Assembly: GCA_016861205.1 (NCBI GenBank)
Contig: BOKX01000001.1
Span: 895,835 to 959,834, forward strand
Length of the DNA: 64,000 bases
DNA from: Patescibacteria group bacterium
Lineage (GTDB): Bacteria > Patescibacteriota > Microgenomatia > UBA1400 > PJMF01
Direction: 5' to 3'
Shown: positions 31,407 to 40,698 of the stretch, one piece after another
Position numbering within the stretch: position 1 is the first letter of the stretch
Layout of the letters: every line of letters starts with the position of its first letter
Notes under the pieces: generated by a model
Told to the model about the DNA's origin: nothing
Database searches by the model: none
Seen by the model: the letters and a program-made list of their open reading frames with translations, nothing else
Position numbers and translations under genes: made by a program

Positions 31407-32504
31407 ATGGCAACAGCTAAAGCCATGACTATGGCCGATTTATTGGCCAATAATCAACAACAAGTGGTCGTACCCAAGAAGGGTGCTACCGTGTCCGGAG
31501 TCATTACCGGCAAACAAAAGAAAACCTTACTCGTCGACATCGGCGCTAAGACCGAAGGAGTCGTCTCTGACAAAGAGTACGAACTCGCGACCGAGTACAT
31601 TGAAAATCTCAACGAAGGTGACAAAGTCGAAGCCGTGGTGCTCTCAACCGAGAGTGAGCGCGGTCAAGTTTTGTTGTCACTCAAACAAGCCGCTCTCGAT
31701 GCTAAATGGCAGTTCTTCACCGAGGCTATGACCAAGGATGAAGTGCTCGATGCCAAAGGTATCGATGTTAACAAGGGTGGTCTGATTGTGGTCGTCAACG
31801 GCGTGCGAGGCTTCGTGCCTTCTAGCCAGTTTGGCAAACACTACATGGGCAACATCAACCAGCTCAAAGGTCAAAGTATCAAAGTTAAAGCAATTGAAGT
31901 TGACCGTGAGAAGAATCGTTTGATCTTCTCAGAGCGACACGTCTCAGAGGCCAAAGAGTTGGCTCAGCGAGCCAAGGCTCTCGAGTCAGTCAAAGTTGGC
32001 GAAGCTTACACAGGAACTGTTTCTGGAGTGATGCCGTTCGGTCTGTTTGTAACAGTCGAAGTTCCAGTCGAAGGTAGTGAAGATGTTGGCCACGTCGAAG
32101 GTTTGGTGCACATCTCAGAAATCAGCTGGGAAAAAGTCAACAACCCTAAGGATTACCACAAGGTGGGCGACCATATCCAAGTCAAAGTCTTGGGTATCGA
32201 CGAACACAGTGGCAAGCTGAACTTATCCGTTAAGCAACTGAGCGACGACCCTTGGAAAGGTATCACAGCTCGTTACTCACCAGGAACCACGTTCACTGGA
32301 ACCGTGTCTCGTATTGAGGCTTTCGGTGTCTTCGTGAATGTCGAACCAGGTGTTGATGGTTTGATTCACTCAAGTAAGTTGTCTCCGGACGCTACCCTCC
32401 AAAAAGGCGAGGAAGTCACCGTGACTGTGGAAAGTGTTGACGAAGATCAACGTCGCATGAGTCTGAGCATGGTGTTAACCGAGCTGCCAATGGGGTATAA
32501 ATAA
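31407..32504 (+). CDS. rpsA: 30S ribosomal protein S1 (four S1 domains)
   Basis: VDIGAKTEG, NKGGL...GVRGFVPSSQ, EGLVHISEISW and DGLIHSS. Confidence 0.93.
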   Translation: MATAKAMTMADLLANNQQQVVVPKKGATVSGVITGKQKKTLLVDIGAKTEGVVSDKEYELATEYIENLNEGDKVEAVVLSTESERGQVLLSLKQAALDAKWQFFTEAMTKDEVLDAKGIDVNKGGLIVVVNGVRGFVPSSQFGKHYMGNINQLKGQSIKVKAIEVDREKNRLIFSERHVSEAKELAQRAKALESVKVGEAYTGTVSGVMPFGLFVTVEVPVEGSEDVGHVEGLVHISEISWEKVNNPKDYHKVGDHIQVKVLGIDEHSGKLNLSVKQLSDDPWKGITARYSPGTTFTGTVSRIEAFGVFVNVEPGVDGLIHSSKLSPDATLQKGEEVTVTVESVDEDQRRMSLSMVLTELPMGYK

Positions 32505-32558
32505 GGATAAACCCAGCTTTCCGTGGGCGAGAGAAATTGAGCTACGAAAGGACAACTT

Positions 32559-32720
32559 ATGGCTAAACAACGCATGATCGTCACCGACGACCAAGTTCTG
32601 ATTGATAAAGATTTACTTTTCAACGCCATCCGCGAAGCGAATGGTGACTGGCAAAAAGTTGAGCAGGATATGAATGCTTACTTGCAGTCAGTTCAGGCCA
32701 TGGTTGGCGACCAAGACTAG
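32559..32720 (+). CDS. 53-aa hypothetical protein (not in the ORF track)
   Basis: SD AAAGGA then ATG; MAKQRMIVTDDQVLIDKDLLFNAIREANGDWQKVEQDMNAYLQSVQAMVGDQD*. Confidence 0.6.
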   Translation: MAKQRMIVTDDQVLIDKDLLFNAIREANGDWQKVEQDMNAYLQSVQAMVGDQD

Positions 32721-32831
32721 TTTTTCCTCGAGAAAAGTGTTGATTACAGCAGTTTTCTGTGGTGATGTGTCGACTCGAATATTTGCCGAAAACCTGGCGA
32801 AAAGCCTTGATGTATGGTACAATATATCCAT

Positions 32832-33434
32832 ATGAAGTACGTGGTGGCCTGTGGTGATGAGGGTGTGCAACTGAATGAGGGTATCAGGTTGGGTTTTGCG
32901 GGGTCAGGTTTCCGATTGAGTGAGTTTAGTCAAGTCGTTCCCATTTTGAAGCAATTGTTTGGCAAAAAAATCGCCATCGTTTCTCACGAAGAGAGCGATT
33001 GGGTGAAGCAACAGCTGAGCCTCAGCAACTGGGAACAGGTCAATGCCAGCAGTCAACAACATATTCAAGCTGTCGCTGACAAAGAAAAACTGCAGTACGC
33101 TGGTTTCTTGCCATTTGCTGATCCCAAACAACTCGAGCATGATGTCAAAGGTCACATGGTTCGGCCGCATGGTATTCACATTGCCAATAAGCTGTGTTTC
33201 ACTTTGGCTGGTGGTGAACAGAAGTTTAACCTTGGTTGCTATGTTATTTCAGCTGACTGGGTAGCGGAAGCCGACACGAAGTTGGTCAAAGCCGTTATTC
33301 AACCCCAAGTTGAGTTTTATACTAAACTTAATCGCGGTGAGAAACTCGAGGTGATCTTCGAAGAAGAAGGTGCTTTAGGGGCTGAAGCAGCTGCTAAAAA
33401 CAAAGCTGCTCTCAAAAAAGCTGGCTTAATCTAA
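32832..33434 (+). CDS. Conserved-looking hypothetical soluble protein
   Basis: 200-aa ORF; TGGTACAAT -10 element just upstream favours ATG 32832; potentially functional motifs CGDEG and KGHMVRP. Confidence 0.7.
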   Translation: MKYVVACGDEGVQLNEGIRLGFAGSGFRLSEFSQVVPILKQLFGKKIAIVSHEESDWVKQQLSLSNWEQVNASSQQHIQAVADKEKLQYAGFLPFADPKQLEHDVKGHMVRPHGIHIANKLCFTLAGGEQKFNLGCYVISADWVAEADTKLVKAVIQPQVEFYTKLNRGEKLEVIFEEEGALGAEAAAKNKAALKKAGLI

Positions 33435-33577
33435 GTATTTCTGCCTTTTTTTCTCAAACATATTTGATCCACACTGAATACACTTCTAGTGTGTATTTTG
33501 CCGGTTGCAGCCTATAAGCGGCTGAGTATAATCAGCTCCGTTGGAGCCACTCTAGAGCAACTTACAATTACCCGGGA

Positions 33578-34048
33578 GTGGAAAAGACTATGGTGATGTA
33601 CGGCGAGCAAGACACAAAGATGTACCTTGATGGTCAGGCAAAAGCTGCACAAGTCCCGACCACCCCGTTTGACAGTGATGGTTCAGAACTGGGAAAAATT
33701 TTCAAGCAATTGTATCTCGCTCGACGTGGGATTACTGAAAAAAGTAGCTCCAAAAATGGCGCCAATGGCTCCAGTCATGACTTGGTTGCAACTCAACGTT
33801 TAGCTGAAATTAGTAAGCAGAAAGCAGAGGCTGCAGCAGCCGCTGAGGCTGAACGACGTCAATTGCTGGACTGGCCAGAAATGAGAGACCTTTTAGGTTG
33901 GACACAAGCAGCGGAAGTAGTCACCACTGCTGAAGCAACAGAAGCTGCTCCTGCGACTGTTCCAACTGAACCAGCTCAAACCGAGTCGGCTAACAGGACC
34001 GTTGTGGCCCGGTACCCATATGGGGTGCTGTACGAAGGCGGTCTTTAA
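33578..34048 (+). CDS. Hypothetical protein
   Basis: 156-aa ORF with Ala/Glu-rich coiled segment; TATAAT upstream. Confidence 0.55.
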   Translation: MEKTMVMYGEQDTKMYLDGQAKAAQVPTTPFDSDGSELGKIFKQLYLARRGITEKSSSKNGANGSSHDLVATQRLAEISKQKAEAAAAAEAERRQLLDWPEMRDLLGWTQAAEVVTTAEATEAAPATVPTEPAQTESANRTVVARYPYGVLYEGGL

Positions 34049-34054
34049 ACCAAA

Positions 34055-34726
34055 ATGGCAGAACGAAAGCGGTACCATGAGTACCGAGCTCTACTAGCGT
34101 TTTCAGTTTTGAGCCTGATTCTGATGCTTTCTGGTTGTGGTGATGACGATAATAAGTCAACATCTCAATCTGGTCCTGAGGTAACCTCAACCCCGGTCGT
34201 GATTGGCGGTGGGGGGATGGCTAGTGGACAAGAACAATCAAGTGCTCAGAACAACCAAGCACACACTGCCGATCGAGTTGCCCCTGAGAGTTTTCGCCAA
34301 TATGTAGTGCAACGAGGTGATAACCTGACAAGGATTGCCTTGGCATTTGGAACGACCGTCGCCGCTATCGCTACCGCGAACGGTATCACTAATCCAGACT
34401 TCATTCGCGAAGGGACAACACTGAGCATTCCGATTGTGCCACCCGCCGATCAGGCTTCAGCCACTTCGTCACCACCTACCCCTGAACCGCTAACAGGTGG
34501 TCCCGCCGGTGGGGGTGAAAAGAGTGGTGAGGCAGGTTTTAGCCGGGAGCAGTACGAAGCCTCAATGTTGATTTTAAGTACTTTTGACCAGAATTTTGTT
34601 AACTGGTTGTTAGCAACGAAAACCGAAGTTGAGTTGAATGCCAACTTGGGTAGTGCAGCTGACATGGGTCCTTTTTTAACGGCTGCTTTTGTTGAGTGGG
34701 TGCACACCACTGGTAGTGCCCAATAA
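34055..34726 (+). CDS. LysM-domain lipoprotein
   Basis: Lipobox LSGC; LysM YVVQRGDNLTRIALAFGTTVAAIATANGITNPDFIREGTTLSIP. Confidence 0.88.
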   Translation: MAERKRYHEYRALLAFSVLSLILMLSGCGDDDNKSTSQSGPEVTSTPVVIGGGGMASGQEQSSAQNNQAHTADRVAPESFRQYVVQRGDNLTRIALAFGTTVAAIATANGITNPDFIREGTTLSIPIVPPADQASATSSPPTPEPLTGGPAGGGEKSGEAGFSREQYEASMLILSTFDQNFVNWLLATKTEVELNANLGSAADMGPFLTAAFVEWVHTTGSAQ

Positions 34727-34796
34727 GCCTGCCCACGCATTTCGCTAACGCAATCTACCACTCTTTCGTGCAAGCTTTGGCTGCTATACTCGAGTC

Positions 34797-36230
34797 ATGG
34801 CCAAAAGTAGTACCAATTTTGTCTGTCAAAACTGTGGTGCTGCCCAACCTAAGTGGTCTGGGCAATGTCCAAGCTGTGGCGAGTGGAATACCCTGGTGGA
34901 AACACTGGTTCAACCAGCCATGACAGCTAGTGGGGGAGGCGGACATCGTCAAAAGCCTATCGACCCCCAAAATATAGTTAGTCTCTCTCAAGTCGACCTC
35001 ACTAAACGCCCAAAATCGCGGGTTTCGAGCGGCATTGGGGAGTTGGACCGCGTTTTGGGTGGTGGCATAGTACCCGGTGCAGTTATGTTGTTGGGTGGTG
35101 AACCAGGGATCGGTAAGTCTACCTTGTTGACGCAGCTAGTTGTGAAGCAACTTCAAGTCCAATCGGAGTCATTGAACCGCCCCGAATCTGACCCCAAGTC
35201 AGTGGCGCCGATAATGTACATCGCTGGCGAAGAAAGCCCATCTCAAATTGCGCTAAGAATCAATCGGTTATTAGAAAATGACGACAAAAAAACCTCAAAA
35301 AAATCAAGCTCAAAATCGGGACAAACCTGGGCGGAGCAGCTGGTTTTTGTGACCACGACAGATGTCGATGAAATAGCGACAGCCGTTAGAGAAGTCCAGC
35401 CCAGCCTCCTAATTGTTGATAGTATCCAAACCCTCCAGACTACAGACCTGACTGGAAGTGAGGGATCGGTGGGGCAACTGAGAGAATCAACCCAACGGAT
35501 CACCGAACTAGCCAAATCACTCCACACCCCTGTTTTTCTGGTGGGTCATGTTACCAAAGAAGGCACCATAGCGGGGCCAAAAGTACTTGAACACATTGTC
35601 GACTCAGTTTTGGAATTAAATGGCGAAAGAACAGGCCAATTAAGACTGCTAAGAGCAATTAAAAATCGGTTTGGGGCGACTGATGAAGTAGGGGTGTTCA
35701 GCTTGATGGAAGTTGGTTTGATGGAGGTCACCAACCCCAGCGAACTCTTTCTTGAGCACACCAATCAACCGGTGCCAGGATCAGCAACCGTCGGCGTGAT
35801 GGAAGGAACTCGGCCGCTGCTAGCAGAAGTTCAGGCTTTGGTGGTTTCTTCACAGCTAGCAATGCCCAGACGGGTGGGTAGAGGGATTGAGTTAAACAGG
35901 ATTCAGGTTCTGACGGCTGTACTGCAGAAGCACTGCCGACTGCCACTTGGATCAGCTGACGTGTTTCTTTCTGCAGCAGGTGGCTTCACCATTCGTGAAC
36001 CGGCCGTAGATCTGGGTTTAGCTGTGGCGATTGCTAGTTCACAAGCCAACAAAGCGTTACCGAAAGGTTGTGTTTTTATTGGAGAAGTAGGCTTGCTTGG
36101 CGAAATCAGATCGGTTTCCTACCTAGATAGGCGGGTCAAAGAAGCAAAGCGGTTGGGTTTTACTCGGATTTACTCGAGACAGAGTCACACTAAGGTTAGG
36201 GATGTGCTCAAGGAGCTCCAGCTCATTTAG
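34797..36230 (+). CDS. radA: DNA repair protein RadA/Sms
   Basis: C4 zinc finger, GEPGIGKS Walker A, KNRFG motif, Lon-like C-terminal domain. Confidence 0.97.
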   Translation: MAKSSTNFVCQNCGAAQPKWSGQCPSCGEWNTLVETLVQPAMTASGGGGHRQKPIDPQNIVSLSQVDLTKRPKSRVSSGIGELDRVLGGGIVPGAVMLLGGEPGIGKSTLLTQLVVKQLQVQSESLNRPESDPKSVAPIMYIAGEESPSQIALRINRLLENDDKKTSKKSSSKSGQTWAEQLVFVTTTDVDEIATAVREVQPSLLIVDSIQTLQTTDLTGSEGSVGQLRESTQRITELAKSLHTPVFLVGHVTKEGTIAGPKVLEHIVDSVLELNGERTGQLRLLRAIKNRFGATDEVGVFSLMEVGLMEVTNPSELFLEHTNQPVPGSATVGVMEGTRPLLAEVQALVVSSQLAMPRRVGRGIELNRIQVLTAVLQKHCRLPLGSADVFLSAAGGFTIREPAVDLGLAVAIASSQANKALPKGCVFIGEVGLLGEIRSVSYLDRRVKEAKRLGFTRIYSRQSHTKVRDVLKELQLI

Positions 36231-36305
36231 CTTTTGCCTCGAGTTTGGAGATTCTAGAATTGTCCAGTATAATTCCCCTCTGAAAGAAAACAGTGAAAGG
36301 ATTAT

Positions 36306-36671
36306 ATGGTTACCCCAGAAGCAATGAAATTTGAAATCACAGGTGTGTTATCACCTAAAACCCCTGAGGCGCTACCTCAGACCCCAGAAAATCTTGATGT
36401 TGCATGGGAAACTATCTACAAACCCCAGCGTCGAGTAGAGGTCATCAACTTAGTTCGTCAAAAACTGAGCCAGGCCCAGGCTAGTTTTGAACCAGTTAAG
36501 GGTTATGCCGCCGCCTACGGGGCAGCTAATCGCTTTCAACAAGATCAAGAGGTGCGGGTAATGGCTGCGTTACGTGACAACAAACTGTTTGCTCCCAACA
36601 ACGCTGGTTTACTGCGTTGGGCAGAGAGTTATTGTGGTGACTTGACCCAGTACAAGCCCTTGTTTGTTTAG
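36306..36671 (+). CDS. Hypothetical protein
   Basis: 121-aa ORF with SD AAAGGA and an upstream TATAAT. Confidence 0.6.
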   Translation: MVTPEAMKFEITGVLSPKTPEALPQTPENLDVAWETIYKPQRRVEVINLVRQKLSQAQASFEPVKGYAAAYGAANRFQQDQEVRVMAALRDNKLFAPNNAGLLRWAESYCGDLTQYKPLFV

Positions 36672-36814
36672 TCTTTTGCTGACGGCCGACAATTTTTGTC
36701 AGTCAGGTGTCAGAAAGATGTTTCCGGTTGACCAGGGGATACACCCTCCTATAATGCGTAGCTAATACACACTTGTGGCATTTATTACAAAATGGGCCAC
36801 AGGAAGGAGCAACT

Positions 36815-36985
36815 ATGGTGGAAGTTTTAAACCCAGGTCTGGAAGTTAAGGTACAGCCAGATATTGACGACTTAAACTACCTCGCTGAGTTAATCGTAAC
36901 TGCTCACCCGGCTGTTGAAAGTATCCGCGAAACTGGCACGCATCCAGTCATGCAAGCCGAAGCTGAAGTTGCGGAAGCAGAGTAG
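36815..36985 (+). CDS. 56-aa acidic hypothetical protein
   Basis: SD GGAAGGAG before ATG 36815; upstream TTGACC-16 nt-TATAAT promoter (~36728-36755). Confidence 0.55.
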   Translation: MVEVLNPGLEVKVQPDIDDLNYLAELIVTAHPAVESIRETGTHPVMQAEAEVAEAE

Positions 36986-37027
36986 TTTTTTACTTGCAAC
37001 AAACTCAAGAAAAGTGAGGCTCCGGCC

Positions 37028-39097
37028 TCACTTTTTGGTAGCATAGCGTTCGCGACTGACTCGCAGGACTTTGTCACGGTTTGAGTTACGGTTCTTGGCC
37101 AGGGCGAGGGTCATAGCTGGGAAGGGATTTGAGATGATGTTGTCAATCGAGATCTTGTTCAAGATTTGATAACGACTCAGCGATACCAAGTCTTCTTGCG
37201 TGTATTTATCCCCATACTCCTTAGCGAACGCTTGTGCATCGTCAGCACCCATCACAAAGCTCACAATGCTGCCGCAGTTACCAAAAATGGCCTTCTGAAC
37301 TGTTTCTGGAATCTGGGCAATGTATTGATTGGCCAATGTTAAATTGAGCCGGTATTTGCGGGCTTCCGATAGGATTTTGATGAATGAGTCGGTAGCAAAG
37401 TTTTGGAACTCATCAACATAAAGGTAGAAGTCTTTGCGTTGGTCCTCGGGAATATTCACTCTGGCCATGGCAGCTAACTGAATTTTGGTGATTAACATCG
37501 CGCCCAGCAAAGTTGCATTATCTTCACCGAGTCGGCCTTGAGACAGGTTGACCAAAATGATTTTGCCCTGATTCATAGCATCCTCGATGCTGAAAGAACT
37601 CTTGGGGGCGTTGACGACGTTGCGAATCAGAGGGGAGGACACAAACTGACCAACTTTGTTCAAAATTGGGGCAATGGCCTCAGTGCGCTGCTTGTCCTGT
37701 AGCTTGTCGTACTCATTCACCCAGAAGTTTTTGAGAATGGGATCGTCTAGAGTAGAGACGATAGTATCGCGAAATTTTGGATCATTGAGTAAATCTAAAA
37801 TATCTGACAAACGGGCGCTCGGAGTTTTGAGCAATGTCAGCAGCGCATTTCGCAAAATGTACTCAAGCCTTGGTCCCCAGGAATAAGCATACAATTTTTG
37901 AAAGATCGACACGATGCCGGAGGCAATTAGCTCTCGATGGGCGACATTTTCGCCTTCAAAGAGATTAATCTTGACCGTCCGGTCAGGATCGGCCGGGTCA
38001 AAGTAGATAACGTCATTGATGCGGCGTGCTGGGATGTAGTCCAAGAGAGTCTCGACCAGGTCGCCGTGAGGGTCGATGACACACATGCCTTCGTCGTTCT
38101 TGAGGTCGTTAATGGCCATGTTGGCGAGGAGGGTGGATTTACCGGTACCAGTTTTACCAATCACATAGAGATGTCGGCGCCGATCGGCGCGCTGCAGACC
38201 ATACGCGGTCATCTGGCCCTTAAAGAGGGTGCGTGCGAAAGGATTAATTTCTCTTTTGGCCTCGGCCGACAGTTCTGAAGTCACAATTGGTAGTGTCTCG
38301 GGTGGTTCACCTAAGAGGTTTTTGCCCCAAGTTAAGTTGGGCAGATGTGCAAATCGCTTATCTGGGAAATGGTACAGCTTTGCCAAATCGAGTGCTGGTA
38401 GTGCGCGCCACTGCCACCAGTGCCCACGGCGTTCCACCACTCGGTGGCTTAGCCAGGTTTGGCCTGGGTTCCAGGCGTGCGCAACTTTGATACCAGGTGA
38501 ACCATTGGGGGTTAAACCTTCCAGAGATGCTTTGAGGTTTTCTAGTAAGAGCTTGGCTTGTTTGCCGTCTGGAGCACTGACCAACAGACGGCCTTGTGCT
38601 CGAGATTGCGTGGTGTGAGGACTGACCAGAAACTGGACAACAGCCTGATGAGTAGCGGGAATCTGACTCAAGGTGCCGACCAAGTTCAGGAGTGGATCAC
38701 TGGTGGCGGTGGGGGCTAGCTTGACGAGCCAGTCAGCCACTTGCGGCCAAGTGAAGTGGGCTGATCTGACTGCAGGTGACGATTCTTGCCCAAGTGGGGA
38801 TTCAAAAACCTGTACGATCGGATCGTACTCGAGCTCAGTAATCAAGGCTTCTGGAAAGCTGGTAGCAATCAGACCTTGAATGTAGTTTTTTAATCGAGTC
38901 GGTACCAACACCCCAAAACTAACCATTTGCCGGCTGGCGTAGATCTCCAAACTCAGTCGTTCATCTTGACCAAGCCACTCACGCCAAAACTGGTTTTTAA
39001 GGCGAGGGAGGCCAGATAGCCATTGGGTAGCTTGTTCTAAAGTATGCTCAGCAGATCTGGATGTTTTAACCTCAAGCAAGGCATGTGGCGCGCTCAT
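37028..39097 (-). CDS. VirB4/TraG/HerA-like P-loop ATPase (type IV secretion coupling-protein-like)
   Basis: DRRRHLYVIGKTGTGKS (Walker A), IDPHGDL, WGPRLE, YVDEFQNF (Walker B) and LSEARKY.L.L.LANQY. Confidence 0.9.
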   Translation of the reverse strand: MSAPHALLEVKTSRSAEHTLEQATQWLSGLPRLKNQFWREWLGQDERLSLEIYASRQMVSFGVLVPTRLKNYIQGLIATSFPEALITELEYDPIVQVFESPLGQESSPAVRSAHFTWPQVADWLVKLAPTATSDPLLNLVGTLSQIPATHQAVVQFLVSPHTTQSRAQGRLLVSAPDGKQAKLLLENLKASLEGLTPNGSPGIKVAHAWNPGQTWLSHRVVERRGHWWQWRALPALDLAKLYHFPDKRFAHLPNLTWGKNLLGEPPETLPIVTSELSAEAKREINPFARTLFKGQMTAYGLQRADRRRHLYVIGKTGTGKSTLLANMAINDLKNDEGMCVIDPHGDLVETLLDYIPARRINDVIYFDPADPDRTVKINLFEGENVAHRELIASGIVSIFQKLYAYSWGPRLEYILRNALLTLLKTPSARLSDILDLLNDPKFRDTIVSTLDDPILKNFWVNEYDKLQDKQRTEAIAPILNKVGQFVSSPLIRNVVNAPKSSFSIEDAMNQGKIILVNLSQGRLGEDNATLLGAMLITKIQLAAMARVNIPEDQRKDFYLYVDEFQNFATDSFIKILSEARKYRLNLTLANQYIAQIPETVQKAIFGNCGSIVSFVMGADDAQAFAKEYGDKYTQEDLVSLSRYQILNKISIDNIISNPFPAMTLALAKNRNSNRDKVLRVSRERYATKK

Positions 39098-39159
39098 ACT
39101 ACTAGTATACAAGAACTTCGATCGGCCGGATATGGACTAGAGGTTAGGGATTTGCAACG

Positions 39160-39200
39160 TTATTCACAATTCAAAACCGCGCAAATTACAATGTGGATAA
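39160..39200. promoter_or_regulatory. Pair of inverted DnaA boxes
   Basis: TTATTCACA at 39160-39168 and TGTGGATAA (reverse complement of TTATCCACA) at 39192-39200, followed by an AT-rich tract. Confidence 0.6.
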
Positions 39201-39279
39201 TTTTACTTTAACTTGGGTGAAAGATACACATGTTTTATATATAGGACATATAAAAAATTAGATTACAATACGTTATAGG

Positions 39280-39308
39280 TTGACGAAGCCAAAACAGCTC
39301 GTTATACT
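39280..39308 (+). promoter_or_regulatory. Near-consensus sigma70 promoter with no downstream ORF
   Basis: TTGACG-17 nt-TATACT preceded by an A/T-rich UP-like region. Confidence 0.75.
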
Positions 39309-39314
39309 TGATAA

Positions 39315-39618
39315 ACAAAACAACCCCGCCGTGGCGGGGTAGAGAGTAAGCCACTGGTTGATAGCCAGTAGCTTGAGACATAAAAAAAAGCATTATTATC
39401 GCTGGACAAACCACGAATAACAATGCTTTTTTTAGACAGTATCCATCATGTGTTAGCGAACGATGGACACTTAATGATTAGTAAGATTACAGATTAAGAA
39501 GCCGTTTGTAAACGACATCTTAATAGCTGTTCTTGATCTAATCTGGATCAAAAAGGGCGTTGAGTGGAGGTTCGGCCGTTGGGCAGGCAGCCGAGCTTCC
39601 ATCCAGCGCCCCTTTTTT
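39315..39618 (+). ncRNA. Candidate structured ncRNA (seven tandem hairpins, ends in a U tract)
   Basis: Stems at 39323-340, 39348-374, 39382-434, 39442-467, 39493-524, 39533-551 and 39555-611 plus TTTTTT; no + strand ORF of note. Confidence 0.6.
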
Positions 39619-39640
39619 GGCAGATATGAATCCTATAATA

Positions 39641-39669
39641 TTGAAATTTGTCCGTTTATAGGGTATAAT
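39641..39669 (+). promoter_or_regulatory. sigma70 promoter of the sortase gene
   Basis: TTGAAA-17 nt-TATAAT. Confidence 0.7.
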
Positions 39670-39679
39670 GAGCACCCTA

Positions 39680-40537
39680 ATGTCACATTTTGCCGTTTAC
39701 TCGGCTCAAATCATCCGGATTCGCTTTCCAAACCTGCGCCAACGATTATTGGGTGAGGTAGTACTTAGAGTGGTAACTGAGCCGATGTGGCCAGTTTTGC
39801 CACCTGTCCAGGCTACCAAACCAGCTGCCGTAGCAGCTTTGCCACGTTCAGTCAGCACAACCTGGCTGTCTGGCCTAGCTACATGGAAGCGGCGAGTGGG
39901 CCTGTTCCTATCTGGAATTCTCATTGTGATTGCCTTGGTTACAACCAGTTTTTGGGCAATTCCTGCCGTTTATTATCATTTTTTTCCAGCTGAGTCGGTG
40001 GCGATTGTGCCAACTGAGAGTAGTACCCCATTGGGAGGTGACTTCACGGCTGGTGCACAATCTGAACAGGTTTTAGCGAGTTACTTACCACCTCAAGATG
40101 AAACTCTGCCAGAGGGGCAGTGGATTGTGATTCCCAGAATCGGAGTTCGCACTGAGTTGCAGGCTGACGCTCAACCAGAAGAAGCCTTGGCTACCGGAGT
40201 CTGGATGGTGCCGGGATATGGCTCACCAGGCGACAAGACCCAGCCAATGATTGTGGCGGCCCACCGGTTTGGTTGGAAGTGGTGGTGGGAGAGTGACTAC
40301 TGGAAGTACCATTCTTTCTACTTGCTGCCGGATCTAGAACCAGGTGACACAGTCGAGATCATCGCAGATCAGCGCAAGTGGGTTTACGAGATTTATGCAG
40401 GCGAAGAGGGTGAGGAAATCACTGATTATCAAGCTGACTTGATTATGTATACCTGTAAGTTTTTGAACTCTCCGTTGCGACACTTCCGTTATGCCCGGCT
40501 ACTCGATCCGACCCAAGACTCCCAGAGCTTGAATTGA
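39680..40537 (+). CDS. Sortase-family protein
   Basis: TM anchor; IPRIGV, AAHR (His), F..L..L..GD, MYTC (Cys) and R..RYA (Arg); start reset to ATG 39680 because the first ATG overlaps the -10 box. Confidence 0.88.
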   Translation: MSHFAVYSAQIIRIRFPNLRQRLLGEVVLRVVTEPMWPVLPPVQATKPAAVAALPRSVSTTWLSGLATWKRRVGLFLSGILIVIALVTTSFWAIPAVYYHFFPAESVAIVPTESSTPLGGDFTAGAQSEQVLASYLPPQDETLPEGQWIVIPRIGVRTELQADAQPEEALATGVWMVPGYGSPGDKTQPMIVAAHRFGWKWWWESDYWKYHSFYLLPDLEPGDTVEIIADQRKWVYEIYAGEEGEEITDYQADLIMYTCKFLNSPLRHFRYARLLDPTQDSQSLN

Positions 40538-40562
40538 CGTTTGGGGGGAAGTGGGGTATACT
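40534..40562 (+). promoter_or_regulatory. sigma70 promoter of rho
   Basis: TTGACG-17 nt-TATACT. Confidence 0.7.
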
Positions 40563-40698
40563 ACCCGTATCTTCAGTGTTTTTCAATTAAGTGTGAAGCA
40601 CCAATCTATATTTTCCACCTAGGCCTGTTGTAAAGAAAACACATCTGCACAGCTTTAGCTAAGTGGCTAGTACAAAAACAGGAGTTCGTAGGCACGTT

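Noticed and set aside
39235-39423. 62-aa minus-strand ORF across the hairpin region
   Set aside because: Non-ATG start, runs through an opposite-strand promoter and AT-rich tract, and has no protein-like features.
39555-39618. SRP (4.5S) RNA for the long GC-rich hairpin
   Set aside because: It has GCAGCC but lacks the CAGG...GGAA/GNRA...AGCAG domain IV signature.
39315-39618. CRISPR array, tmRNA, RNase P RNA or 6S RNA
   Set aside because: No identical direct repeats or cas genes, no tRNA-like ends, no GAGGAAAGUCC, and no single long rod with a central bubble.
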